From positions 255,264 through 319,263 of the forward strand of contig CAVYXA010000005.1 of the NCBI GenBank assembly GCA_963772365.1: a DNA stretch of 64,000 nt, written 5' to 3'. A program made the translations under genes and the position numbers. This DNA comes from an uncultured Verrucomicrobiae bacterium (GTDB lineage Bacteria; Verrucomicrobiota; Verrucomicrobiia; Chthoniobacterales; UBA10450). Positions within the stretch are counted from its first letter, which is position 1; each line of letters opens with the position of its first letter. Of the stretch, positions 39,332 to 49,434 are shown one piece after another. Under the pieces are notes generated by a model that had not been told where the DNA came from, did not search any database, and saw only the letters and a list, made by a program, of their open reading frames with translations.

Positions 39332-42307
39332 TTATATTCTGCCTGGCTCGTCAGAGCGTGGCGGACACCGCCTTTCCCGGTAGAGCAATGGGTCTACCGC
39401 GGCGGCCATGGCACGAACGTCCAGGTTCATACCGAAGAATTCGGTCAGTTGCCTCGCCGTTTCCCCGGGTTTGGCAATCATCTCCCGATATCGAATCCGC
39501 AGCAGCGGATGTTTGAACAAGGCCAGCAGATTGAGCGCGAAACCGGCAGATCGGGAATAGGCCTCCGCCAATGCCCGTGGCTCGATATCACCGCCTTTTT
39601 TCTCAAGCCGCCGGAGCATGGCGGTTTGCGAGGGAATGATCTCCTCCATGTCCCTTTCCATGTACACGACCTGGTAATTGCCCTGCTGCGGCAGGTAAGG
39701 GATGAGCGGCGCCACCACCTTCACAACCTTGCCCTGGCACTCGAGAATCCACCTGTTTCTTCGGGCCAGTTGTTTGACCAGTTCTGATTCAAAATAGCCT
39801 TTGGGGTTGCTCTCGTCCGCCGGCCGATTTTCATCCGTAAAGAGGTCAAAACCGGCCGCCGCCAGCATTTGCATCATGAGCGATGTCCCGGAGCGGGGAA
39901 GCCCGGAAACCAGGATGATGGGTTTTCCATCGCCCCCCGACGATTCGTCATCCTGCGGGGGTTGGCTCAGCCGCGGTTGGGCAAGGCAAACCACGAACTC
40001 GTCTTCCTGGCGGGATTGGTGAAAAATTTTCGGCAGATGATCGCGGATCGTCGCTTCATCGAGGTCCGGCAACTTAATCGGCGCGGCAGTTGCGAATGCT
40101 TGCTTATTTTCTTGGGCGAGCTCTTGCGCCCTCGCCTTGTGTTGCCGGGCAAGGTGTTCGTTCCGATGCCATCGGGAATAGATTTGCGCGAGCAATCGAT
40201 GCGCCTCGACGAAATTCGGATTCTGGCCGATGGCGGTGTGGAGCGAAGCGATGGCGCCTTCGTAATCGCCGCATCGACCGCGCGCCCGAGCCAGGAAGTA
40301 ATGCGCGACGGGAAAATGAAAGCTCAAGCCGACCGCCGCCCGGCCAAACTCGAGAGCCTGCCGTTTTTTTCCCAGTCTCAGGCAGGTGCGACACAGCCCC
40401 ATCAGGCAATTGGAATGAAACTCATCAAATTCCAAACCTCTCGCGAAGGCGCGTTCGGCGTCTTTATAACGGCGCAATCCCAGATAAACATTGCCCACCT
40501 GGTATTGGAATCCTGGATCGGATGATTCGGTCAGCTCCGCCAGCTCCAGCAACTTGAGAGCTTTTGCAAAATCGCCTTCAGCGCTGGCGATGGTGGCGGC
40601 AAGAAAATCGAGGGTCTGCGGATTGCCGCGGGCGATCGCCCGCACCTGGTGGATGGCATGAATCTCCGCCTCATCAAAGAGGAGGGGCTGGCCTTGTGCC
40701 GTAACTCGCGCGAGTCTTGTCCGGTTTCCTCCCTCCGCGCTGTTTTTGTCGTCGATCTTCTTCATTTCATCCCAGTTTTTCTTGCGTTCCTGGGTGACGG
40801 CGGCCACCTCCTCCATGCGTTTCCGCGCTTCCCTGGAGGCGGCTCGCCAGTGGATCCTCAGGTGTTGGACCAGCCTTTTCAGATCGTTCGTGCGGTCTGT
40901 GGCCCGGAGACAATTCGCCAACTGGACGCCGAATCGGAATTCCAAAGGGAACTGCTGATACAGTTTTTCGAGCAGTGGGATCGCCTCGCCATGCCTGCCG
41001 GCATCCATCCACGCCCGAGCCAGGTTGTAGTCCAACTCCCTCACCACTTTGCCGATCGCCAGGTCGGAATCTTCGCCGGGGGGCTCGATGTAACCAAGCG
41101 CCACCAGTTGATCGAGAGCGGCTTTTGATTCCACCGGATCAATCACCATGTCCTTCGGATGCCGGCCGTCATTTCCCTCAATTTCCTCCCAGCTTGGCAC
41201 CGTCTCCACCCGCGGTGTGGTTTCGAAAATCTCGATCAGCGGTTGACCATCCATGTCGTCGCCCACCGGCAGACCAAAGAGGGTCAAGAGCGTGGGGGTA
41301 ACGTCGAGCAGATTGGCGCCATGGATCAGGTGATCTTTTTTAATCCCAGCGCCATGAACGACAAAAATCCCGTAGTCGCGGTGTTCAATCGCGGGACCAG
41401 CCGGTTCGGAAGGGAGCGCTTTGGGACGCAAATGGTCCGGATGAAAACCGTGGTCGGAGATTAATACCACCGTACAGTCCTCCCCGGCCAGTTCCAGCAA
41501 TCGGGCCAGCATCATGTCGTGATAGATGTAGGCCGTCGAAACGACATGCTGGAAGATACGAAAATCAAAGTCGGAAACGTTCGCCTGTCGCGGCGGACGA
41601 AATTTCATGAACCCGTGACTGAAATGGTCGAGGGCATCGTAATAAATCGCGGCAAAATCCCATTCTTCGGTCTCCAGTAACTGCGTCGCCGCCGCGTGTG
41701 TCATCGTGCACTCGGCCACCATTTTCATCAGGCTCGAGACGCGTGCATCCTTCTCCTGGTCAATTTCCGCCCCCTCCGGAATGAAAGGCAGAATCTGTTC
41801 CGGTTTCAATTCCATGGGGTGGACTCGAAATTCGGCCAGCGGTTCCGCCAGACTTTTCGGATGCACGGTATTGGGCCGCAAACGCCAGACATCCGTCGGC
41901 TTGTCGGGCGCCTTGTTGAACCAATCGGAAACCATCACACCATTGATCGGCTCGGCGGGATGGCTGGGCCACCATCCCACCACAATCGACCGCTTATTCT
42001 GCAGAGTGAGAATGTTCCAGATGGCTTTGCATTTTCTGGAGACATTGGTGATGGGCTGAATCCGTTTGCCGTCGGGAGCCGGTTCCACGAAGCCGTAAAT
42101 GCCGTGCTTGAATGGCCGTTTGCCGGTCGCAATCGAAGTCCAGAGCATGGGCGACAGAACCGGTGTCAGCGTGCGCATTTTCCCCATCACGCCGTTTTCC
42201 ACCAGGCGCTTCACCGTCGGCATTCGGTCCTGGTCGATGAGTTCAGTAATGATCTTCCAGTCGGCTGCGTCCCAGCCCACGAGCAGCACCTTCTTTGAGA
42301 TCAACAT
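39332..42307 (-). CDS. Alkaline-phosphatase-superfamily (NPP-like) + TPR + PAPS-dependent sulfotransferase fusion
   Basis: GWDAADW, LSPMLWTSIATGK, DHFSH, SDHGF; central TPRs; VSGLPRSGTSLMMQML (5'-PSB) and YMERD..E…S (3'-PB). Confidence 0.85.
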   Translation of the reverse strand: MLISKKVLLVGWDAADWKIITELIDQDRMPTVKRLVENGVMGKMRTLTPVLSPMLWTSIATGKRPFKHGIYGFVEPAPDGKRIQPITNVSRKCKAIWNILTLQNKRSIVVGWWPSHPAEPINGVMVSDWFNKAPDKPTDVWRLRPNTVHPKSLAEPLAEFRVHPMELKPEQILPFIPEGAEIDQEKDARVSSLMKMVAECTMTHAAATQLLETEEWDFAAIYYDALDHFSHGFMKFRPPRQANVSDFDFRIFQHVVSTAYIYHDMMLARLLELAGEDCTVVLISDHGFHPDHLRPKALPSEPAGPAIEHRDYGIFVVHGAGIKKDHLIHGANLLDVTPTLLTLFGLPVGDDMDGQPLIEIFETTPRVETVPSWEEIEGNDGRHPKDMVIDPVESKAALDQLVALGYIEPPGEDSDLAIGKVVRELDYNLARAWMDAGRHGEAIPLLEKLYQQFPLEFRFGVQLANCLRATDRTNDLKRLVQHLRIHWRAASREARKRMEEVAAVTQERKKNWDEMKKIDDKNSAEGGNRTRLARVTAQGQPLLFDEAEIHAIHQVRAIARGNPQTLDFLAATIASAEGDFAKALKLLELAELTESSDPGFQYQVGNVYLGLRRYKDAERAFARGLEFDEFHSNCLMGLCRTCLRLGKKRQALEFGRAAVGLSFHFPVAHYFLARARGRCGDYEGAIASLHTAIGQNPNFVEAHRLLAQIYSRWHRNEHLARQHKARAQELAQENKQAFATAAPIKLPDLDEATIRDHLPKIFHQSRQEDEFVVCLAQPRLSQPPQDDESSGGDGKPIILVSGLPRSGTSLMMQMLAAAGFDLFTDENRPADESNPKGYFESELVKQLARRNRWILECQGKVVKVVAPLIPYLPQQGNYQVVYMERDMEEIIPSQTAMLRRLEKKGGDIEPRALAEAYSRSAGFALNLLALFKHPLLRIRYREMIAKPGETARQLTEFFGMNLDVRAMAAAVDPLLYRERRCPPRSDEPGRI

Positions 42308-42409
42308 TGGGGACGACCGTTCGGACTGGTTATAAAATCGCACGTTCCGTCCCAACTGCGATGGGTGCCCTGCAACTGCAGACCCCCGGAAACACAGGCG
42401 AGACCCACA

Positions 42410-42857
42410 TCAAAACACCAACGGGAGCTTGCCAAGGATGCAGCCCATGTTCAAGCAGGGGAATCGGGCAAAGCCGCGATCGAGCGTTAACCATTCACAA
42501 CCAAGCTCAATCGCCAGTGCCGCGTGGAAAGCGTCCGGCACAAGATTGCCACGCGCGTCACCTCGGCGGCAGAGACCCACGAAAATTCTCCAGTGACCCA
42601 GCTCCCGGCCCGAGAAGATGCACCTCCTCGCGCGAACGAAAATCATCCACGAATTCAAGAGCCTGAGGCAAAGGCGTTGGTTTCCTGAAAACTCTTGGAT
42701 GCGTGATAACGCGTAGACAGCCGCTCAAGACCAGCTCCGACACCGCGACTCCTGCGGGGTCACGCAGCGCCGATTCCAGCCAGGACTTGATTTCCAGATG
42801 ATGCTCCGCGTCTTCGCGATGGGCTGTGACCAGAACATTTACGTCCAATAAAATCAT
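42410..42857 (-). CDS. vapC: VapC PIN toxin (frameshifted near 42598; 3' end uncertain)
   Basis: MILLDVNVLV…LRVITHPRVF…|GNLVPDAFHAALAIE…TLDRGFARFP. Confidence 0.8.
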
Positions 42858-43096
42858 CGCGACTCCATTGCATCCAGGAGCGCTGATGACGAGCTGATGT
42901 CGATCCCCGGTTGAACGCCGGAGCCTTTGAACGTCTTCAGCGGCCGGAGCGAGCTTGATCGATCCTTTTTGCGACCCTTGGCGAAAGCCGCCCGCAGCGC
43001 ATCCTCGATCACTTCCCGGAGCGAACTCCGGCGTTCGTAAGCAATCTTCTTCGCCTTCTGCAAAAGCGAATTCTCAATGGAGATCGTCGTCCTCAT
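42854..43096 (-). CDS. vapB: VapB-type antitoxin
   Basis: MRTTISIENSLL..AK…SLREVIEDALR…PGIDI; ATGA overlap with vapC. Confidence 0.8.
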   Translation of the reverse strand: MRTTISIENSLLQKAKKIAYERRSSLREVIEDALRAAFAKGRKKDRSSSLRPLKTFKGSGVQPGIDISSSSALLDAMESR

Positions 43097-43105
43097 ATGC
43101 ATCAA

Positions 43106-43134
43106 AGCATGTCGATTTGACATCATGATGTCAA
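43106..43134 (-). promoter_or_regulatory. vapBC promoter with operator palindrome
   Basis: Minus strand TTGACA-17nt-CATGCT; perfect 18-bp palindrome TTGACATCATGATGTCAA at 43117-43134. Confidence 0.6.
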
Positions 43135-43390
43135 TCCGGATTGGCCGGTCGTCAGTCGTCCACTGCGTCAATGATCTCCTTCGCTCGACGGCTTGTGCCG
43201 CCGAAGCGCTGCGAAGCAGGGATCAGTGTTTCAGTTTTTCAGCTTCTTGTCGCGCCGCCTGCTCGCGAAAACATTCGGAGTAGCCTTGCGCGAAGGTGGA
43301 TCAGAATTACGCGGCCATAGCTCAATGATGTCGATCTTGCCTTGTTCGCCAACGGACGAATCCGCCGTGGCGGGCCACGCCGAAATTAGA

Positions 43391-43559
43391 CCTGCTGTGA
43401 GGGGGCGCGTCAGTTCGTCAGCGGAGGCTTGTCAAGATTTGTTGCCTGACCCCCAATTCTGCCCCTGCTGTGAGGGGGCGCGTCAGTTCGTCAGCGGAGG
43501 CTTGTCAAGATTTGTTGCCTGACCCCCAATTCTGCCCCAATTCTGCCCAATTCTGCCCA
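43391..43559 (+). repeat. 73-bp tandem duplication plus short nested copies at a CTGACCCCCAATTC site (right boundary)
   Basis: 43391-43463 = 43464-43536, then two further CCCAATTCTGCC units. Confidence 0.88.
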
Positions 43560-43663
43560 CGAGATCGATACTGTCGATCTTAATTTGAAACTCTTTGCCC
43601 ATACATGGGCATAATTACGTGGCTAGGTTCACTCCGAACGACAAGCCTTTTCTTTCATTGAGA

Positions 43664-45682
43664 TCAGCGGATCTCTGAAATCCCGAGGCTCTTTAGATAG
43701 TTGAACGTGGAATCATAGAAGGCTGGCGATCGCGTCTGATCGTCGCTGGCGCCGGGCGGAACAAATACGACCATGCCTTGCCTCGCTCGTGTGAGAAGAA
43801 CTCGGTACGCATTGCGTAGATAAACACGATTGTCAGGATTCGCGATGTTGCACCACCGATCACCGCGAAAGTCGTGGTAATTCCAACTTGAACCGTTGAA
43901 TCGAAAATCGCCGCACCACGCGACGCATACCCAATCGAGTTCTAATCCTTGCACCTGAAATTCTGTCGCCGCATCTTCGAGATACCAACTCGATCGCGTG
44001 TCATGCCTCTCGTTCAGGAAATAATGAACCGGATCAACTGATACGCGAATGTCGATCGCGTGCGGCTTGAGCCGCATCGCTTTTGATGAAGCGACTAATC
44101 CATACCGCTCAGTTCCTCGTGCCCGTTCGTGAATCCATTGCTTCGCCGCATTTAGATCGCGCGTGATCGCAATCGGATACCGTTCTGCCAGCTCGGTGAA
44201 CGCTTTCTTAGCTTCCGCTTTTTGACAGTCGAGGAGGGCTTTGACGAAAGCTGAAACATTCTCGGCCCGAAACGATCGCATCGAGACTGCTAGATGCAGG
44301 GAATCATCAAATTGCGCACGGGGACGCTCGCGCACAATCTCTGGCGCACGCCCAGCTGCGTATTCGCTGTCAGTTAATCGTGACGAAATGAACATCTCCC
44401 ATTCAGGAAACCGGCGATTCACGGCATCGAGCCAAGCATCAATTCCGGCTTCGCCTGTATTGATCTCCTGACCGCCGCCAACCAGACACACGATCACGGC
44501 CCAATCTTTGTGTCGATCCATGTAAGAAATCAGGAACTCAGGCTCGGAATCAGCGAAGTTCGCGACGCGTTTCTTTCGCCGCATGAAATTGGCGGTTTGT
44601 CTCAAATTCCAAGCGCGCTGCGCTTCATCGAAGATCACGACGTGCTCAATCGGTGGCTTGTTCTCTTCGAGGTCAATTAATCCCGCGTCGCGAAAGTGGT
44701 GAACGTTCTGAATGAACGCTTTGACGCTCTCGCTAACTTTTCCTTTGCGAACTTTTTCTCCTCGTTGCTTCCTTCGCGCGACTTCATCGCGCGTTAACGC
44801 TTCACGGAGCACTGCTACCAGCGGACCGTTTCCAGAAAGGAAAACAGCATGGGTTGGCTCGTCCTCTTCGCGCCGTGTGGCCAGATTCAAACCAACCAAA
44901 GTTTTTCCCGCACCGGGAACTCCAGTTACGAAGCAAATCCGTTTGCGACCCTTCGCTTGCGCTTCATCCACGAGTTCTTCGATACGACCCGATGTGACGT
45001 GCAGATTCTGCGCCCCAGCATCGAAGCGCGCTATTGCTTCGACTGAGTGCTGCGCATACAGCGCACGCGCAGCTTCGATGATCGTCGGCGTCGGATGATA
45101 TGAAGCGCGCGCCCACGCGTCTGCATCAACAGCAGTACCAGCGATTTTGTTCAACGCAGCATCGAGGACACTCCGAGAGCTTTTGGAATCGACAACGATT
45201 GGTCGGTACAGTTTGTCAGCGTCAGACAGCAATTCGAACGCCGGGCATTCCGTCGCTTCTGTTGCGACTAGAATCGGAACAATCGAAGCATCGTGACTCG
45301 CCTCGTGAAAATTTTTCAGGTCGAGCCCGTAATCCCAAACCTGATCGATTGCGGATCGATCAAATGTCTTTTCACCGACTTTGAATTCGATCGCGAACAC
45401 CACCGCTCCGATCACTAGAACGACATCAATTCGTCGTCCCATCCGCGGAATGTTGAACTCGAAGAAAATTGATCCAGCCAAATCTCTGACGCGCGATTGA
45501 AGAAAGTCTATCTGGCCTGACCACGCATCTCGCTGAGTCGGCAGCAGCGCAAAATCACAGTTGAATGCTAGTTGACCCAGTACGCTCTCAACCGAGGCGT
45601 CGGCAAATTCAGAAATCGAGCTGCCGTACCAGTATCGTAGCGATGCGGCTTTGCGACTGAGGGTCTCGATTGCTACTTCCAC
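43664..45682 (-). CDS. DUF2075-type (Schlafen group 3-like) nuclease-helicase
   Basis: N-terminal RRIDVVL…IEFK PD-(D/E)xK-like; Walker A GVPGAGKT, IFDEAQR, QGLELD, YRVLLTRAR. Confidence 0.8.
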   Translation of the reverse strand: MEVAIETLSRKAASLRYWYGSSISEFADASVESVLGQLAFNCDFALLPTQRDAWSGQIDFLQSRVRDLAGSIFFEFNIPRMGRRIDVVLVIGAVVFAIEFKVGEKTFDRSAIDQVWDYGLDLKNFHEASHDASIVPILVATEATECPAFELLSDADKLYRPIVVDSKSSRSVLDAALNKIAGTAVDADAWARASYHPTPTIIEAARALYAQHSVEAIARFDAGAQNLHVTSGRIEELVDEAQAKGRKRICFVTGVPGAGKTLVGLNLATRREEDEPTHAVFLSGNGPLVAVLREALTRDEVARRKQRGEKVRKGKVSESVKAFIQNVHHFRDAGLIDLEENKPPIEHVVIFDEAQRAWNLRQTANFMRRKKRVANFADSEPEFLISYMDRHKDWAVIVCLVGGGQEINTGEAGIDAWLDAVNRRFPEWEMFISSRLTDSEYAAGRAPEIVRERPRAQFDDSLHLAVSMRSFRAENVSAFVKALLDCQKAEAKKAFTELAERYPIAITRDLNAAKQWIHERARGTERYGLVASSKAMRLKPHAIDIRVSVDPVHYFLNERHDTRSSWYLEDAATEFQVQGLELDWVCVAWCGDFRFNGSSWNYHDFRGDRWCNIANPDNRVYLRNAYRVLLTRARQGMVVFVPPGASDDQTRSPAFYDSTFNYLKSLGISEIR

Positions 45683-45794
45683 TTCATCATTATGCCGAAG
45701 CGACGCGAGAAAGTGAAGTCACCGCAAGATCGACAATCAGGTTCATTCGGCTAGACACCGATCTCCACGCACGAGTGGCGCGTATGGTAGCTCA

Positions 45795-46189
45795 GTTGAA
45801 ATCGATCGCCGCGCGAAAGAACCTTCCGTTCTCTCTTCACGATCCTCTCGGCGTCGTTAACGGCTGACTCCGAAAATTCTTCGCGAGCAGGTCGACTTCT
45901 TTCAGGTTCGGTCCGCCAGGACGCTGCGGTTCGTCGTGGCCTTCACGTGAGCATGCCCGTGACTTCATCAAGCGCGTCCGCGTATGGCGCGCCCTCGCGC
46001 GACGACATTCAGGCGTTTGGCGCGGGTGCCAAACTTTACGGCGGGAGTTACCGAGACTTCGAGTGTGACTAGGGAAGCCGGGCGCGTGATTGGGGAAATC
46101 AAGAAGACGGAATATTTCTTCCCGACGCCAAAGTTCATCCCCTTCTGGAGCGCCGCCTTCTCCTCCGTAACGAGATCGTGATACGAGAT
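45795..46189 (-). pseudogene. Degraded N-terminal part of a putative HNH-type endonuclease gene (copy 1)
   Basis: ISYHDLVTEEKAALQKGMNFG…SVFL, then MSSREGAPYADALDEVTGML.EGHDEPQRPGGP…QPLTTPRGS.RENG in broken frames; family recognised from memory. Confidence 0.5.
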
Positions 46190-46271
46190 TTGAAACTCGT
46201 TCGTTGCCCAACTTCCTCGCCGCTACCCTCGCGGCTTTACTTTGTATATCGCTGATCCCATCAACTCCATT
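46190..46271 (-). repeat. Second copy of the element inserted in hicB
   Basis: Reverse complement AATGGAGTTGATGGGATCAGCGATATACAAAGTAAAGCCGCGAGGGTAGC…TGGGCAACGAACGAGTTTCAA. Confidence 0.7.
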
Positions 46272-46591
46272 CCCAGATTGTGCTTTGCGCAGCCAGCCTT
46301 CGTCGGGCTACGGAGAGCCACGGAGCAATCGAACATTCGCCGCTGTGAGATTGCTGAAAAACCGACATCTCGGCAACTTGCCGAGATCAACAGGCCAGCG
46401 GCCTATGCTCCCCGGTTTCAAAAACGGAATGTCGGAATCGAAGTGCAAATTCTTCGTTGAACCGCATTGCACGCACTGACCGCTACCCGCGCGGCATTAC
46501 ATTCGAGATTGCCGGTCCCAGCAGCCCCATTTCTTTGTTCAGCCGTGAATTTTTCTCGCTTTGAAACGCGGAGTTAACGATTCTGGCGAAC

Positions 46592-46978
46592 GTGAGCATC
46601 CTTTTGGCAGCTCTTGTGATCGCCGGGCTTGGTGCCGTTGGCGGGTTGGTGAACTGCGCGATCGCAGGTGAGTTTGCTCTCCCACATATCGATCGAGAGG
46701 CCAAAGTTTGGCGGCCGGGATGGATAGGGAACGTCGTCGTTGGCGCAGTCGCTGCTCCAGTAATCTGGGGTATTTATGGTCCCCTTGCAGGTCATGCGAT
46801 TACCGGGACGGACAAAATAGATCTGACTTTGGCGCAAGTGTTCGTGTCGGTGGTGATTGGGTTGGGAGGCGGCCGTATTTTAACACTGGAAGCGCAGAAA
46901 CAGGCTGAACGCGTCGCAAAAAATAATGTCACAAAACTAGTAGAAGAGAGTATAGTGGAAAGCGAGGATCAAGGATGA
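46592..46978 (+). CDS. Small three-TM membrane protein (possibly DUF4257-like)
   Basis: GAVGGLVN…LP…PGWIGNVVVGAVAA…GLGGGRIL; acidic tail. Confidence 0.65.
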   Translation: MSILLAALVIAGLGAVGGLVNCAIAGEFALPHIDREAKVWRPGWIGNVVVGAVAAPVIWGIYGPLAGHAITGTDKIDLTLAQVFVSVVIGLGGGRILTLEAQKQAERVAKNNVTKLVEESIVESEDQG

Positions 46979-47151
46979 GTGAGAACACGATCACAACGAA
47001 GCGCGACTTAAAGGAGACACTGGAACGGATTCGGTCTGCCAATTCGTACGAATCTGCTCAACTCGCCTACTCCATTCGAAAGAATGCAGGTAACGGAAAG
47101 TTTATTATAAAAAGAGAGCGGGCCGACTCTGCAGTTAAAACCGCTCGGTAA
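46975..47151 (+). CDS. Small basic hypothetical protein (58 aa), not in the ORF track
   Basis: ATGA overlap with the upstream gene, GAGG upstream; MSENTITTKRDLKETLERIRS…AVKTAR*. Confidence 0.45.
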   Translation: MSENTITTKRDLKETLERIRSANSYESAQLAYSIRKNAGNGKFIIKRERADSAVKTAR

Positions 47152-47154
47152 TAT

Positions 47155-47320
47155 TTCGTCCCCCGACGAACTTTTCGTCGTTGGCGGCTGATCCCATCTC
47201 TTCGCCGTCTGGGCCGCCCTTCCGCGGCGGTTCATCGTGACCTTTCCGGCAGCTGCCGGATCAACATCCCCGTCACTTCATCAAGCGCGTCTGCGTATGG
47301 CGCGTTCTCGTGCAACGACA
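47155..47320 (-). pseudogene. Second degraded copy of the same endonuclease gene fragment
   Basis: SLHENAPYADALDEVTGMLI…EGHDEPPRKGGPD…DQPPTT; DNA 47271-47320 closely matches 45958-46007. Confidence 0.55.
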
Positions 47321-47324
47321 ACCT

Positions 47325-47681
47325 TCACCTTCTGGCAGTCGCCTTCGCCGCAAGTTTTTTGTTCCATTCGGAACGCAGCGCTTTCATTTCGGCTTTGAGA
47401 ATGGTCATGCGCGAGGCGACGCCTTTGTATTTCTTCGTCGTGCCGTTGACCGTCCGATCGACCGCGCCCTGGTGAACGAGGCCCTGGAGCTTTTCGTAAA
47501 CGCGCAACCGCAGCATTTCTTCGCCGCCGCTGGCTGCGTTTCGTTCCCGAAGATTAAGCAGGATGATGTCGAACAGTGGTTTGAATTCAAACGAGGCCCT
47601 GGACGACAGCACGCTCACCAACTCCTCGGTTACGTTGTCGGGCAGCCGACGTGAAAAAGACGCTCCATGTACCTTAGACAT
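47325..47681 (-). CDS. Hypothetical basic protein
   Basis: Clean 118-aa ORF (SGGEEMLRLRVYEKLQGLV) with ATG start. Confidence 0.65.
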   Translation of the reverse strand: MSKVHGASFSRRLPDNVTEELVSVLSSRASFEFKPLFDIILLNLRERNAASGGEEMLRLRVYEKLQGLVHQGAVDRTVNGTTKKYKGVASRMTILKAEMKALRSEWNKKLAAKATARR

Positions 47682-47886
47682 CGGGGACTATAGCCGAAAA
47701 CCGAGAAATAGCGATTCCGACGTTTTAGCCGTCGAAGACCTGGATCCGCCACGACGCTATTAGGATGTTGGTGCGTCGCGCTGACAGAGCTTTAGACATC
47801 ATCCGATAATCCCGGCATCAGCGCCTTGTTCCGTTAGCAAACACGGTCCTCTACAAATCCGTCGACCCGACGCATACTAAAGCAGA

Positions 47887-49293
<1,407 letters not shown>

Positions 49294-49434
49294 GGGCGGA
49301 GGAATTTGTGTTTGCTATCTCGAAGCACCGGGCATTAGCATCCGCGCCAATCAAGCGTGGTTATGCGAAAGCCCCTGTGCAGGTATTACCATCCGTTGGC
49401 CGGTTGCATTCCCGCGCGCAAATGAGGTGCTCTT

